Shown piece after piece: positions 14,373 to 27,870 of a stretch of 64,000 nucleotides of DNA (positions are counted from its first letter, which is position 1; the number at the start of each line of letters is the position of its first letter). The translations under genes were made by a program, and so were the position numbers. The stretch lies in the NCBI GenBank assembly GCA_032718475.1, contig JAUCBJ010009153.1:62001-126000 (forward strand), written 5' to 3'. This DNA comes from Nemertoderma westbladi. Taxonomy: Eukaryota; Animalia; Xenacoelomorpha. Under the pieces are notes generated by a model. It made no database searches, was not told the DNA's origin, and saw only the letters and a list, made by a program, of their open reading frames with translations.

Positions 14373-17300
14373 GGCACTCTACCGGTACTACCTAGTAAAA
14401 CAAACAAAGTTCGGCACTCTACCGGTACTACCTAGTAAAACAAACAAAGTGCGGCACTCTACCAGTACTACCTAGTAAAACAAACAAAGTGCGGCACTCT
14501 ACCAGTACTACCTAGTAAAACTCAAAGTCCGGCACTCTACCAGTACTACCTAGTAAAACAACCAAAGTGCGGCACTCTACCAGTACTACCTAATGAAACA
14601 AACAAAGTGCGGCACTCTACCAGTACTACCTAGTAAAACAAACAAAGTCCGGCACTCTACCAGTACTACCTAGTAAAACAAACAAAGTGCGGCACTCTAC
14701 CAGTACTACCTAGTAAAACAAACAAAGTGCGGCACTCTACCAGTACTACCTAGTAAAACAAACAAAGTGCGGCACTCTACCGGTACTACCTAGTGAAACA
14801 AACAAAGTGCGGCACTCTACCGGTATTACCTAGTGAAACAAACAAAGTTCGGCTCTCTACCAGTTCTACCTAGTGAAACAAACAAAGTTCGGCACTCTAC
14901 CGGTACTACCTAGTAAAACAAACAAATTGCGGCACTCTACCAGTACTACCTAGTGAAACAAACAAAGTTCGGCACTCTACCAGTACTACCTAGTGAAACA
15001 AACAAAGTTCGGCACTCTACCGGTACTACCTAGTAAAACAAACAAAGTGCAGCATTCTACCGGTACTACCTAGTGAAACAAACAAAGTGCGGCACTCTAC
15101 CAGTACTACCTAGTAAAACAAACAAAGTGCGGCACTCTACCAGTACTACCTAGTGAAACAAACAAAGTGCGGCACTCTACCAGTACTACCTAGTAAAACA
15201 AACAAAGTGCGGCACTCTACCGGTACTACCTAGTGAAACAAACAAAGTGCGGCACTCTACTGGTACTACCTAGTGAAACAAACAAAGTTCGGCACTCTAC
15301 CAGTACTACCTAGTGAAACAAACAAAGTTCGGCACTCTACCGGTACTACCTAGTAAAACAAACAAAGTGCGGCACTCTACCAGTACTACCTAGTGAAACA
15401 AACAAAGTGCGGCACTCTACCAGTACTACCTAGTGAAACTTAAAGTTCGGCACTCTACCAGTACTACCTAGTGAAACAAACAAAGTGCGGCACTCTACCA
15501 GTACTACCTAGTGAAACTCAAAGTTCGGCACTCTACCGGTACTACCTAGTGAAACAAACAAAGTTCGGCACTCTACCGGTGCTACCTAGTAAAACAAACA
15601 AAGTGCGGCACTCTACCAGTACTACCTAGTGAAACAAACAAAGTGCGGCACTCTACCAGTACTACCTAGTGAAACTCAAAGTTCGGCACTCTACCGGTAC
15701 TACCTAGTAAAACAAACAAAGTGCGGCACTCTACCGGTACTACCTAGTAAAACAAACAAAGTGCGGCACTCTACCGGTACTACCTAGTAAAACAAACAAA
15801 GTGCGGCACTCTACCGGTACTACCTAGTAAAACTCAAAGTCCGGCACTCTACCAGTACTACCTAGTAAAACAAACAAAGTGCGGCACTCTACCGATACTA
15901 CCTAGTAAAACAAACAAAGTGCGGCACTCTACCAGTACTACCTAGTAAAACTCAAAGTTCGGCAATCTACCAGTACTACCTAGTAAAACAAACAAAGTTC
16001 GGCACTCTACCAGTACTACCTAGTGAAACTCAAAGTTCGTCCATCTACCAGTACTACCTAGTAAAACAAACAAAGTTCGGCACTCTACCAGTACTACCTA
16101 GTGAAACAAACAAAGTTCGGCACTCTACCGGTACTACCTAGTGAAACTCAAAGTTCGGCACTCTACCAGTACTACCTAGTAAAACAAACAAAGTGCGGCA
16201 CTCTAACGGTACTACCTAGTAAAACTCAAAGTTCGGCACTCTACCGATACTACCTAGTAAAACAAACAAAGTGCGGCACTCTACCAGTACTACCTAGTAA
16301 AACAAACAAAGTTCGGCACTCTACCGGTACTACCTAGTGAAACTCAAAGTTCGGCCATCTACCAGTACTACCTAGTAAAACAAACAAAGTTAGGCACTCT
16401 ACCGGTACTACCTAGTAAAACAAACAAAGTTCGGCACTCTACCGGTACTACCTAGTGAAACTCAAAGTTCGGCCATCTACCAGTACTACCTAGTAAAACA
16501 AACAAAGTTCGGCACTCTACCAGTACTACCTAGTGAAACAAACAAAGTTCGGCACTCTACCAGTACTACCTAGTGAAACTCAAAGTCCGGCACTCTACCA
16601 GTACTACCTAGTGAAACAAACAAAGTTCACTACGTAGTGAAACTCAAAGTCCGGCACTCTACCAGTACTACCTAGTGAAACAAACATAGTTCGGCACTCT
16701 ACCGGTACTACCTAGTGAAACAAACAAAGTTCGGCACTCTACCAGTACTACCTAGTTAAACAAACAAAGTGCGGCACTCTACCAGTACTACCTAGTGAAA
16801 CAAACAAAGTGCGGCACTCTACCAGTACTACCTAGTGAAACAAACAAAGTGCGGCACTCTACCAGTACTACCTAGTGAAACAAACAAAGTGCGGCACTCT
16901 ACCAGTACTACCTAGTGAAACAAACAAAGTGCGGCACTCTACCAGTACTACCTAGTGAAACAAACAAAGTGCGGCACTCTACCAGTACTACCTAGTGAAA
17001 CAAACAAAGTTCGGCACTCTACCAGTACTACCAAGTGAAACAAACAAAGTTCGGCACTCTACCGGTACTACCTAGTAAAACAAACAAAGTTCGGCACTCT
17101 ACCGGTACTACCTAGTGAAACTCAAAGTTCGGCCATCTACCAGTACTACCTAGTAAAACAAACAAAGTTCGGCACTCTACCAGTACTACCTAGCGAAACA
17201 AACAAAGTTCGGCACTCTACCGGTACTACCTAGTGAAACTCAAAGTTCGGCCATCTACCAGTACTACCTAGTAAAACAAACAAAGTTCGGCACTCTACCA

Positions 17301-20300
17301 GTACTACCTAGTGAAACAAACAAAGTTCGGCACTCTATCAGTACTACCTAGTGAAACAAACAAAGTGCGGCACTCTACCAGTACTACCTAGTGAAACTCA
17401 AAGTTCGGCCTTCTACCAGTACTACCTAGTAAAACAAACAAAGTTCGGCACTCTACCGGTACTACCTAGTGAAACAAACATAGTTCGGCACTCTACCAGT
17501 ACGACCTAGTGAAACAAACATAGTTCGGCACTCTACCGGTACTACCTAGTGAAACAAACAAAGTTCGGCACTCTACCAGTACTACCTAGTGAAACAAACA
17601 AAGTGCGGCACTCTACCAGTACTACCAAGTGAAACAAACAAAGTGCGGCACTCTACCAGTACTACCTAGTGAAACAAACAAAGTGCGGCACTCTACCAGT
17701 ACTACCTAGTGAAACAAACAAAGTGCGGCACTCTACCAGTACTACCTAGTGAAACAAACAAAGTGCGGCACTCTACCAGTACTACCTAGTGAAACAAACA
17801 AAGTTCGGCACTCTACCAGTACTACCAAGTGAAACAAACAAAGTTCGGCACTCTACCGGTACTACCTAGTAAAACAAACAAAGTTCGGCACTCTACCGGT
17901 ACTACCTAGTGAAACTCAAAGTTCGGCCATCTACCAGTACTACCTAGTAAAACAAACAAAGTTCGGCACTCTACCAGTACTACCTAGTGAAACAAACAAA
18001 GTTCGGCACTCTACCGGTACTACCTAGTGAAACTCAAAGTTCGGCCATCTACCAGTACTACCTAGTAAAACAAACAAAGTTCGGCACTCTACCAGTACTA
18101 CCTAGTGAAACAAGCAAAGTTCGGCACTCTACCAGTACTACCTAGTGAAACAAACAAAGTGCGGCACTCTACCGGTACTACCTAGTGAAACTCAAAGTTC
18201 GGCCATCTACCAGTACTACCTAGTAAAACAAACAAAGTTCGGCACTCTACCGGTACTACCTAGTGAAACAAACAAAGTTCGGCACTCTACCAGTACTACC
18301 TAGTGAAACTCAAAGTTCGGCCATCTACCAGTACTACCTAGTAAAACAAACAAAGTTCGGCACTCTACCGGTACTACCTAGTGAAACAAACAAAGTCCGG
18401 CACTCTACCGGTACTACGTAGTGAAACAAACAAAGTTCGGCACTCTACCAGTACTACCTAGTGAAACTCAAAGTCCGGCACTCTACCAGTACTACCTAGT
18501 GAAACAAACATAGTTCGGCACTCTACCGGTACTACCTAGTGAAACAAACAAAGTTCGGCCATCTACCAGTACTACCTAGTAAAACAAACAAAGTTCGGCA
18601 CTCTACCGGTACTACCTAGTGAAACTCAAAGTCCGGCACTCTACCGGTACTACCTAGTGAAACTCACAGTTCGGCACTCTACCAGTACTACCTAGTGAAA
18701 CAAACAAAGTCCGGCACTCTACCGGTACTACCTAGTGAAACTCAAAGTCCGGCACTCTACCGGTACTACCTAGTGAAACTCAAAGTTTGGCACTCTACCA
18801 GTACTACCTAGTGAAACTCAAAGTTCGGCCATCTACCAGTACTACCTAGTAAAACAAACAAAGTCCGGCACTCTACCAGTACTACCTAGTGAAACAAACA
18901 AAGTTCGGCACTCTACAAGTACTACCTAGTGAAACTCAAAGTTCGGCCATCTACCAGTACTACCTAGTAAAACAAACAAAGTTTGGCACTCTACCAGTAC
19001 TACCCAGTGAAACAAACAAAGTTCGGCACTCTGCCAGTACTACCTAGTGAAACTCAAAGTCCGGCACTCTACCAGTACTACCTAGTGAAACAAACAAAGT
19101 TCGGCACTCTACCGGTACTACCTAGTGAAACAAACAAAGTTCGGCACTCTACAAGTACTACCCAGTGAAACAAACAAAGTTCGGCACTCTACCAGTACTA
19201 CCTAGTGAAACTCAAAGTCCGGCACTCTACCAGTACTACCTAGTGAAACAAACAAAGTTCGGCACTCTACCGGTACTACCTAGTGAAACAAACAAAGTTC
19301 GGCACTCTACCGGTACTACCTAGTAAAACAAACAAAGTGCGGCACTCTACCAGTACTACCTAGTAAAACAAACAAAGTGCGGCACTCTACCAGTACTACC
19401 TAGTGAAACAAACAAAGTTCGGCACTCTACCAGTACTACCAAGTGAAACAAACAAAGTTCGGCACTCTACCGGTACTACCTAGTAAAACAAACAAAGTTC
19501 GGCACTCTACCGGTACTACCTAGTGAAACTCAAAGTTCGGCCATCTACCAGTACTACCTAGTAAAACAAACAAAGTTCGGCACTCTACCAGTACTACCTA
19601 GTGAAACAAACAAAGTTCGGCACTCTACCGGTACTACCTAGTGAAACTCAAAGTTCGGCCATCTACCAGTACTACCTAGTAAAACAAACAAAGTTCGGCA
19701 CTCTACCAGTACTACCTAGTGAAACAAGCAAAGTTCGGCACTCTACCAGTACTACCTAGTGAAACAAACAAAGTGCGGCACTCTACCGGTACTACCTAGT
19801 GAAACTCAAAGTTCGGCCATCTACCAGTACTACCTAGTAAAACAAACAAAGTTCGGCACTCTACCGGTACTACCTAGTGAAACAAACAAAGTTCGGCACT
19901 CTACCAGTACTACCTAGTGAAACTCAAAGTTCGGCCATCTACCAGTACTACCTAGTAAAACAAACAAAGTTCGGCACTCTACCGGTACTACCTAGTGAAA
20001 CAAACAAAGTCCGGCACTCTACCGGTACTACGTAGTGAAACAAACAAAGTTCGGAACTCTACCAGTACTACCTAGTGAAACTCAAAGTCCGGCACTCTAC
20101 CAGTACTACCTAGTGAAACAAACATAGTTCGGCACTCTACCGGTACTACCTAGTGAAACAAACAAAGTTCGGCCATCTACCAGTACTACCTAGTAAAACA
20201 AACAAAGTTCGGCACTCTACCGGTACTACCTAGTGAAACTCAAAGTCCGGCACTCTACCGGTACTACCTAGTGAAACTCACAGTTCGGCACTCTACCAGT

Positions 20301-23300
20301 ACTACCTAGTGAAACAAACAAAGTCCGGCACTCTACCGGTACTACCTAGTGAAACTCAAAGTCCGGCACTCTACCGGTACTACCTAGTGAAACTCAAAGT
20401 TTGGCACTCTACCAGTACTACCTAGTGAAACTCAAAGTTCGGCCATCTACCAGTACTACCTAGTAAAACAAACAAAGTCCGGCACTCTACCAGTACTACC
20501 TAGTGAAACAAACAAAGTTCGGCACTCTACAAGTACTACCTAGTGAAACTCAAAGTTCGGCCATCTACCAGTACTACCTAGTAAAACAAACAAAGTTTGG
20601 CACTCTACCAGTACTACCCAGTGAAACAAACAAAGTTCGGCACTCTGCCAGTACTACCTAGTGAAACTCAAAGTCCGGCACTCTACCAGTACTACCTAGT
20701 GAAACAAACAAAGTTCGGCACTCTACCGGTACTACCTAGTGAAACAAACAAAGTTCGGCACTCTACAAGTACTACCCAGTGAAACAAACAAAGTTCGGCA
20801 CTCTACCAGTACTACCTAGTGAAACTCAAAGTCCGGCACTCTACCAGTACTACCTAGTGAAACAAACAAAGTTCGGCACTCTACCGGTACTACCTAGTGA
20901 AACAAACAAAGTTCGGCACTCTACCGGTACTACCTAGTAAAACAAACAAAGTGCGGCACTCTACCAGTACTACCTAGTAAAACAAACAAAGTGCGGCACT
21001 CTACCAGTACTACCTAGTAAAACAAACAAAGTGCGGCACTCTACCAGTACTACCTAGTGAAACTCAAAGTTCGGCCATCTACCTGTACTACCTAGTAAAA
21101 CAAACAAAGTTCGGCACTCTACCAGTACTACCTAGTGAAACAAACAAAGTTCGGCACTCTACCAGTACTACCTAGTGAAACAAACAAAGTTCGGCCATCT
21201 ACCAGTACTACCTAGTAAAACAAACAAAGTTCGGCACTCTACCAGTACTACCTAGTGAAACAAACAAAGTGCGGCACTCTACCAGTACTACCTAGTGAAA
21301 CTCAAAGTCCGGCACTCTACCAGTACTACCTAGTGAAACAAACAAAGTTCGGCACTCTACCGGTACTACCTAGTGAAACAAACAAAGTTCGGCACTCTAC
21401 CAGTACTACCCAGTGAAACAAACAAAGTTCGGCACTCTACCAGTACTACCTAGTGAAACTCAAAGTCCGGCACTCTACCAGTACTACCTAGTGAAACAAA
21501 CAAAGTTCGGCACTCTACCGGTACTACCTAGTGAAACAAACAAAGTTCGGCACTCTACCGGTACTACCTAGTAAAACAAACAAAGTCCGGCACTCTACCG
21601 GTACTACCTAGTAAAACAAACAAAGTGCGGCACTCTACCGGTACTACCTAGTAAAACAAACAAAGTGCGGCACTCTACCGGTACTACCTAGTAAAACAAA
21701 CAAAGTGCGACACTCTACCGGTACTACCTAGTGAAACAAACAAAGTGCGGCACTCTACCGGTACTACCTAGTGAAACAAACAAAGTGCGGCACTCTACCG
21801 GTACTACCTAGTAAAACAAACAAAGTGCGGCACTCTACCGGTACTACCTAGTAAAACTCAAAGTCCGGCACTCTACCGGTACTACCTAGTAAAACAAACA
21901 AAGTGCGGCACTCTACCAGTACTACCTGGTGAAACAAACAAAGTTCGGCACTCTACCAGTACTACCTAGTAATACAAACAAAGTGCGGCACTCTACCAGT
22001 ACTACCTAGTAAAACTCAAAGTTTGGCAATCTACCAGTACTACCTAGTAAAACAAACAAAGTGCGGCACTCTACCGGTACCACCTAGTGAAACAAACAAA
22101 GTTCGGCACTCTACCAGTACTACCTAGTAAAACAAACAAAGTTCGGCACTCTACCGGTACTACCTAGTAAAACAAACAAAGTGCGGCACTCTACCAGTAC
22201 TACCTGGTGAAACAAACAAAGTTTGGCACTCTACCAGTACTACCTAGTAAAACAAACACAGTGCGGCACTCTAACGGTACTACCTAGTAAAACTCAAAGT
22301 TCGGCACTCTACCGGTACTACCTAGTAAAACAAACAAAGTGCGGCACTCTACCGGTACCACCTAGTGAAACAAACAAAGTTCGGCACTCTACCAGTACTA
22401 CCTAGTAAAACAAACAAAGTTCGGCACTCTACCGGTACTACCTAGTAAAACAAACAAAGTGCGGCACTCTACCAGTACTACCTAGTAAAACAAACAAAGT
22501 GCGGCACTCTACCGGTACTACCTAGTAAAACAAACAAAGTTCGGCACTCTACCGGTACTACCTAGTAAAACAAACAAAGTGCGGCACTCTACCGGTACTA
22601 CCTAGTAAAACAAACAAAGTGCGGCACTCTACCGGTACTACCTAGTAAAACAAACAAAGTGCGGCACTCTACCGGTACTACCTAGTAAAACTCAAAGTCC
22701 GGCACTCTACCAGTACTACCTAGTAAAACAAACAAAGTGCGGCACTCTAACGGTACTACCTAGTAAAACTCAAAGTTCGGCTCTCTACCGGTACTACCTA
22801 GTAAAACAAACAAAGTGCGGCACTCTACCAGTACTACCTGGTGAAACAAACAAAGTTCGGCACTCTACCAGTACTACCTAGTAATACAAACAAAGTGCGG
22901 CACTCTACCAGTACTACCTAGTAAAACTCAAAGTTCGGCACTCTACCGGTACTACCTAGTAAAACAAACAAAGTGCGGCACTCTACCAGTACTACCTAGT
23001 AAAACTCAAAGTTCGGCACTCTACCGGTACTACCTAGTAAAACAAACAAAGTGCGGCACTCTACCGGTACTACCTAGTAAAACAAACAAAGTGCGGCACT
23101 CTACCGGTACTACCTAGTAAAACAAACAAAGTGCGGCACTCTACCGGTACTACCTAGTAAAACTCAAAGTCCGGCACTCTACCAGTACTACCTAGTAAAA
23201 CAAACAAAGTGCGGCACTCTAACGGTACTACCTAGTAAAACTCAAAGTTCGGCACTCTACCGGTACTACCTAGTAAAACAAACAAAGTGCGGCACTCTAC

Positions 23301-26300
23301 CAGTACTACCTGGTGAAACAAACAAAGTTCGGCACTCTACCAGTACTACCTAGTAATACAAACAAAGTGCGGCACTCTACCAGTACTACCTAGTAAAACT
23401 CAAAGTTTGGCAATCTACCAGTACTACCTTGTAAAACAAACAAAGTTCGGCACTCTACGAGTACTAATAGTGAAACTCAAAGTTCGTCCATCTACCAGTA
23501 CTACCTAGTAAAACAAACAAAGTTCGGCACTCTACCAGTACTACCTAGTGAAACAAACAAAGTTCGGCACTCTACCGGTACTACCTAGTAAAACAAACAA
23601 AGTCCGGCACTCTACCAGTACTACCTAGTAAAACAAACAAAGTGCGGCACTCTACCAGTACTACCTAGTGAAACAAACAAAGTGCGGCACTCTACCAGTA
23701 CTACCTAGTAAAACAAACAAAGTTCGGCACTCTACCGGTACTACCTAGTAAAACAAACAAAGTGCGGCACTCTACCAGTACTACCTAGTAAAACAAACAA
23801 AGTGCGGCACTCTACCGGTACTACCTAGTAAAACAAACAAAGTTCGGCACTCTACCGGTACTACCTAGTAAAACAAACAAAGTGCGGCACTCTACCGGTA
23901 CTACCTAGTAAAACAAACAAAGTGCGGCACTCTACCGGTACTACCTAGTAAAACAAACAAAGTGCGGCACTCTACCGGTACTACCTAGTAAAACTCAAAG
24001 TCCGGCACTCTACCAGTACTACCTAGTAAAACAAACAAAGTGCGGCACTCTAACGGTACTACCTAGTAAAACTCAAAGTTCGGCTCTCTACCGGTACTAC
24101 CTAGTAAAACAAACAAAGTGCGGCACTCTACCAGTACTACCTGGTGAAACAAACAAAGTTCGGCACTCTACCAGTACTACCTAGTAATACAAACAAAGTG
24201 CGGCACTCTACCAGTACTACCTAGTAAAACTCAAAGTTCGGCACTCTACCGGTACTACCTAGTAAAACAAACAAAGTGCGGCACTCTACCAGTACTACCT
24301 AGTAAAACTCAAAGTTCGGCACTCTACCGGTACTACCTAGTAAAACAAACAAAGTGCGGCACTCTACCGGTACTACCTAGTAAAACAAACAAAGTGCGGC
24401 ACTCTACCGGTACTACCTAGTAAAACAAACAAAGTGCGGCACTCTACCGGTACTACCTAGTAAAACTCAAAGTCCGGCACTCTACCAGTACTACCTAGTA
24501 AAACAAACAAAGTGCGGCACTCTAACGGTACTACCTAGTAAAACTCAAAGTTCGGCACTCTACCGGTACTACCTAGTAAAACAAACAAAGTGCGGCACTC
24601 TACCAGTACTACCTGGTGAAACAAACAAAGTTCGGCACTCTACCAGTACTACCTAGTAATACAAACAAAGTGCGGCACTCTACCAGTACTACCTAGTAAA
24701 ACTCAAAGTTTGGCAATCTACCAGTACTACCTAGTAAAACAAACAAAGTTCGGCACTCTACGAGTACTAATAGTGAAACTCAAAGTTCGTCCATCTACCA
24801 GTACTACCTAGTAAAACAAACAAAGTTCGGCACTCTACCAGTACTACCTAGTGAAACAAACAAAGTTCGGCACTCTACCGGTACTACCTAGTAAAACAAA
24901 CAAAGTCCGGCACTCTACCAGTACTACCTAGTAAAACAAACAAAGTGCGGCACTCTACCAGTACTACCTAGTGAAACAAACAAAGTGCGGCACTCTACCA
25001 GTACTACCTAGTAAAACAAACAAAGTGCGGCACTCTACCGGTACTACCTAGTGAAACAAACAAAGTGCGGCACTCTACCGGTACTACCTAGTGAAACAAA
25101 CAAAGTTCGGCTCTCTACCAGTTCTACCTAGTGAAACAAACAAAGTTCGGCACTCTACCGGTACTACCTAGTAAAACAAACAAAGTGCGGCACTCTACCA
25201 GTACTACCTAGTGAAACAAACAAAGTTCGGCACTCTACCAGTACTACCTAGTGAAACAAACAAAGTTCGGCACTCTACCGGTACTACCTAGTAAAACAAA
25301 CAAAGTGCAGCACTCTACCGGTACAACCTAGTGAAACAAACAAACTGCGGCACTCTACCAGTACTACCTAGTAAAACAAACAAAGTGCGGCACTCTACCA
25401 GTACTACCTAGTGAAACAAACAAAGTGCGGCACTCTACCAGTACTACCTAGTAAAACAAACAAAGTGCGGCACTCTACCGGTACTACCTAGTGAAACAAA
25501 CAAAGTGCGGCACTCTACCGGTACCACCTAGTGAAACAAACAAAGTTCGGCACTCTACCAGTACTACCTAGTAAAACAAACAAAGTTCGGCACTCTACCG
25601 GTACTACCTAGTAAAACAAACAAAGTGTGGCACTCTACCAGTACTACCTAGTAAAACAAACAAAGTGCGGCACTCTACCAGTACTACCTAGTAAAACTCA
25701 AAGTTCGGCACTCTACCGGTACTACCTAGTAAAACAAACAAAGTGCGGCACTCTACCGGTACTACCTAGTAAAACAAACAAAGTGCGGCACTCTACCGGT
25801 ACTACCTAGTAAAACAAACAAAGTGCGGCACTCTACCGGTACTACCTAGTAAAACTCAAAGTCCGGCACTCTACCAGTACTACCTAGTAAAACAAACAAA
25901 GTGCGGCACTCTAACGGTACTACCTAGTAAAACTCAAAGTTCGGCACTCTCCCGGTACTACCTAGTAAAACAAACAAAGTGCGGCACTCTACCAGTACTA
26001 CCTAGTAAAACTCAAAGTTTGGCAATCTACCAGTACTACCTAGTAAAACAAACAAAGTTCGGCACTCTACCAGTACTACCTAGTGAAACTCAAAGTTCGT
26101 CCATCTACCAGTACTACCTAGTAAAACAAACAAAGTTCGGCACTCTACCAGTACTACCTAGTAAAACAAACAAAGTGCGGCACTCTACCAGTACTACCTA
26201 GTAAAACAAACAAAGTGCGGCACTCTACCAGTACTACCTAGTAAAACAAACAAAGTGCGGCACTCTACCGGTACTACCTAGTAAAACAAACAAAGTGCGG

Positions 26301-26617
26301 CACTCTACCAGTACTACCTAGTAAAACAAACAAAGTGCGGCACTCTACCAGTACTACCTAGTAAAACAAACAAAGTGCGGCACTCTACCAGTACTACCTA
26401 GTAAAACAAACAAAGTTCGGCACTCTACCAGTACTACCTAGTAAAACAAACAAAGTGCGGCACTCTACCAGTACTACCTAGTAAAACAAACAAAGTGCGG
26501 CACTCTACCAGTACTACCTAGTAAAACAAACAAAGTGCGGCACTCTACCGGTACTACCTAGTAAAACAAACAAAGTTCGGCACTCTACCAGTACTACCTA
26601 GTGAAACAAACAAAGTT
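14373..26617. repeat. 40/39-bp tandem satellite, block 3 (includes a ~1614-bp local duplication)
   Basis: Same monomer; identical translated segments at 18983 and 20597; rare CAAGCAAAG variant at ~18111 and ~19725. Confidence 0.99.
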
Positions 26618-27870
26618 TAGGCCTGATGGGTGTAGGTTCTATAGACTGGTTCAAGTCCTACCTGTCAGACAGAGGTCAAACTGTAGTCATTAGCAAATCG
26701 CTGTCTACTGTACAAGAGATTACCTGTGGTGTACCGCAAGGTAGTATATTAGGTCCTCTGCTTTTTGTATGCTATGTAAATGATATGATAAGTAGTATAG
26801 ATCCCGATTTTATACTCATTTTATATGCCGACGACAGTGCTCTTATTTTCTCTCATAAAGATCCTATCCATATTTCCCAAAAGTTAAGTGCAGTTCTAGA
26901 ATCCTGTAATGAGTGGTTGGTTGATAATAAGCTATCCATTCACTACGGTAAAACTGAAAGTATTTTGTTTGGTTCCAAAAGAAAGTTAAAGAAGGTAACT
27001 AAGTTTGAAGTCACTAGTAATGGACATAAGATTGAAAATAAATAGGAAGTTAAATATTTAGGCGCCACATTAGATAACTGCTTATCAGGAGAAAGTACAG
27101 TGAAAAATATTTTCTCGAAAGTTAACAGTAGGCTTAGGTTTCTATACAGAAATAAAAATAGTTTGAACACCGACTCCCGCAAGTTACTTTGCTCTTCTTT
27201 AATACAGTGTCACATGGACTATGCGTGCTCTTCTTGGTATGAAGGCTTAACCAAACAGCTTAAATGTAAATTACAAGTAGCTCAGAATAAAGTAGTACGA
27301 TTTATTAAAGACTACAAACCTAGACACCACCTAACTCCAGATGACTTTTCTGAATCTGGACTACTTAACTTAGATAGTAGAGTTAAGCAGCTACGCCTTA
27401 ACCATGTGCATAAAGTGTATAATGGTAAATGTCCCAATTACCTAAAACAAAAATTCAACAGAGTACGCGATACACACTCTTACAGTACCAGAGCTAGTGC
27501 TTCAAACTTCTACCTCCCGAATTGTAAATCCTTCGAATCTGATACTTTCTTTTTTAACGGCATAAAAAATTGGAACGCTCTGCCTAATGAAATTAAAAAC
27601 CTAAATAATCAACATTCTTTTAAATCTGCAGTTAAATCTCATCTCCGTGTGCAATGTAAAAATAGGTACAATAGTCCTACAGTAAGTTATTAGTTTATTA
27701 ATTATTTACTATTTATACTGTAATTACGTTTTTAATAAATTGTTCTGTACATTACATCTTTATCGTTGAGTCGGGCATTGTCACGCTCTCGGTAAAGTTG
27801 TACATGTACATAGTGTAATTACGTTTTATATTCGTTTAGGTTAGCGTAGTGTAATATTGTATTTGTAACC
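26618..27870 (+). mobile_element. LINE copy 3, left part (interrupted in the 3' UTR)
   Basis: Same 5' junction CAAAGTT|TAGGCCTGATGG as copy 2 (offset 13,656); breaks at ...TTTGTAACC. Confidence 0.93.
26626..27693 (+). pseudogene. Reverse transcriptase ORF2 fragment with one in-frame stop
   Basis: ORFs 26626-27045 and 27100-27693 share a frame; TAG at 27043 is shared with copy 2. Confidence 0.9.

Noticed and set aside
13287-27182. 79-aa minus-strand ORFs in the LINE copies
   Set aside because: Antisense shadows of the RT frame
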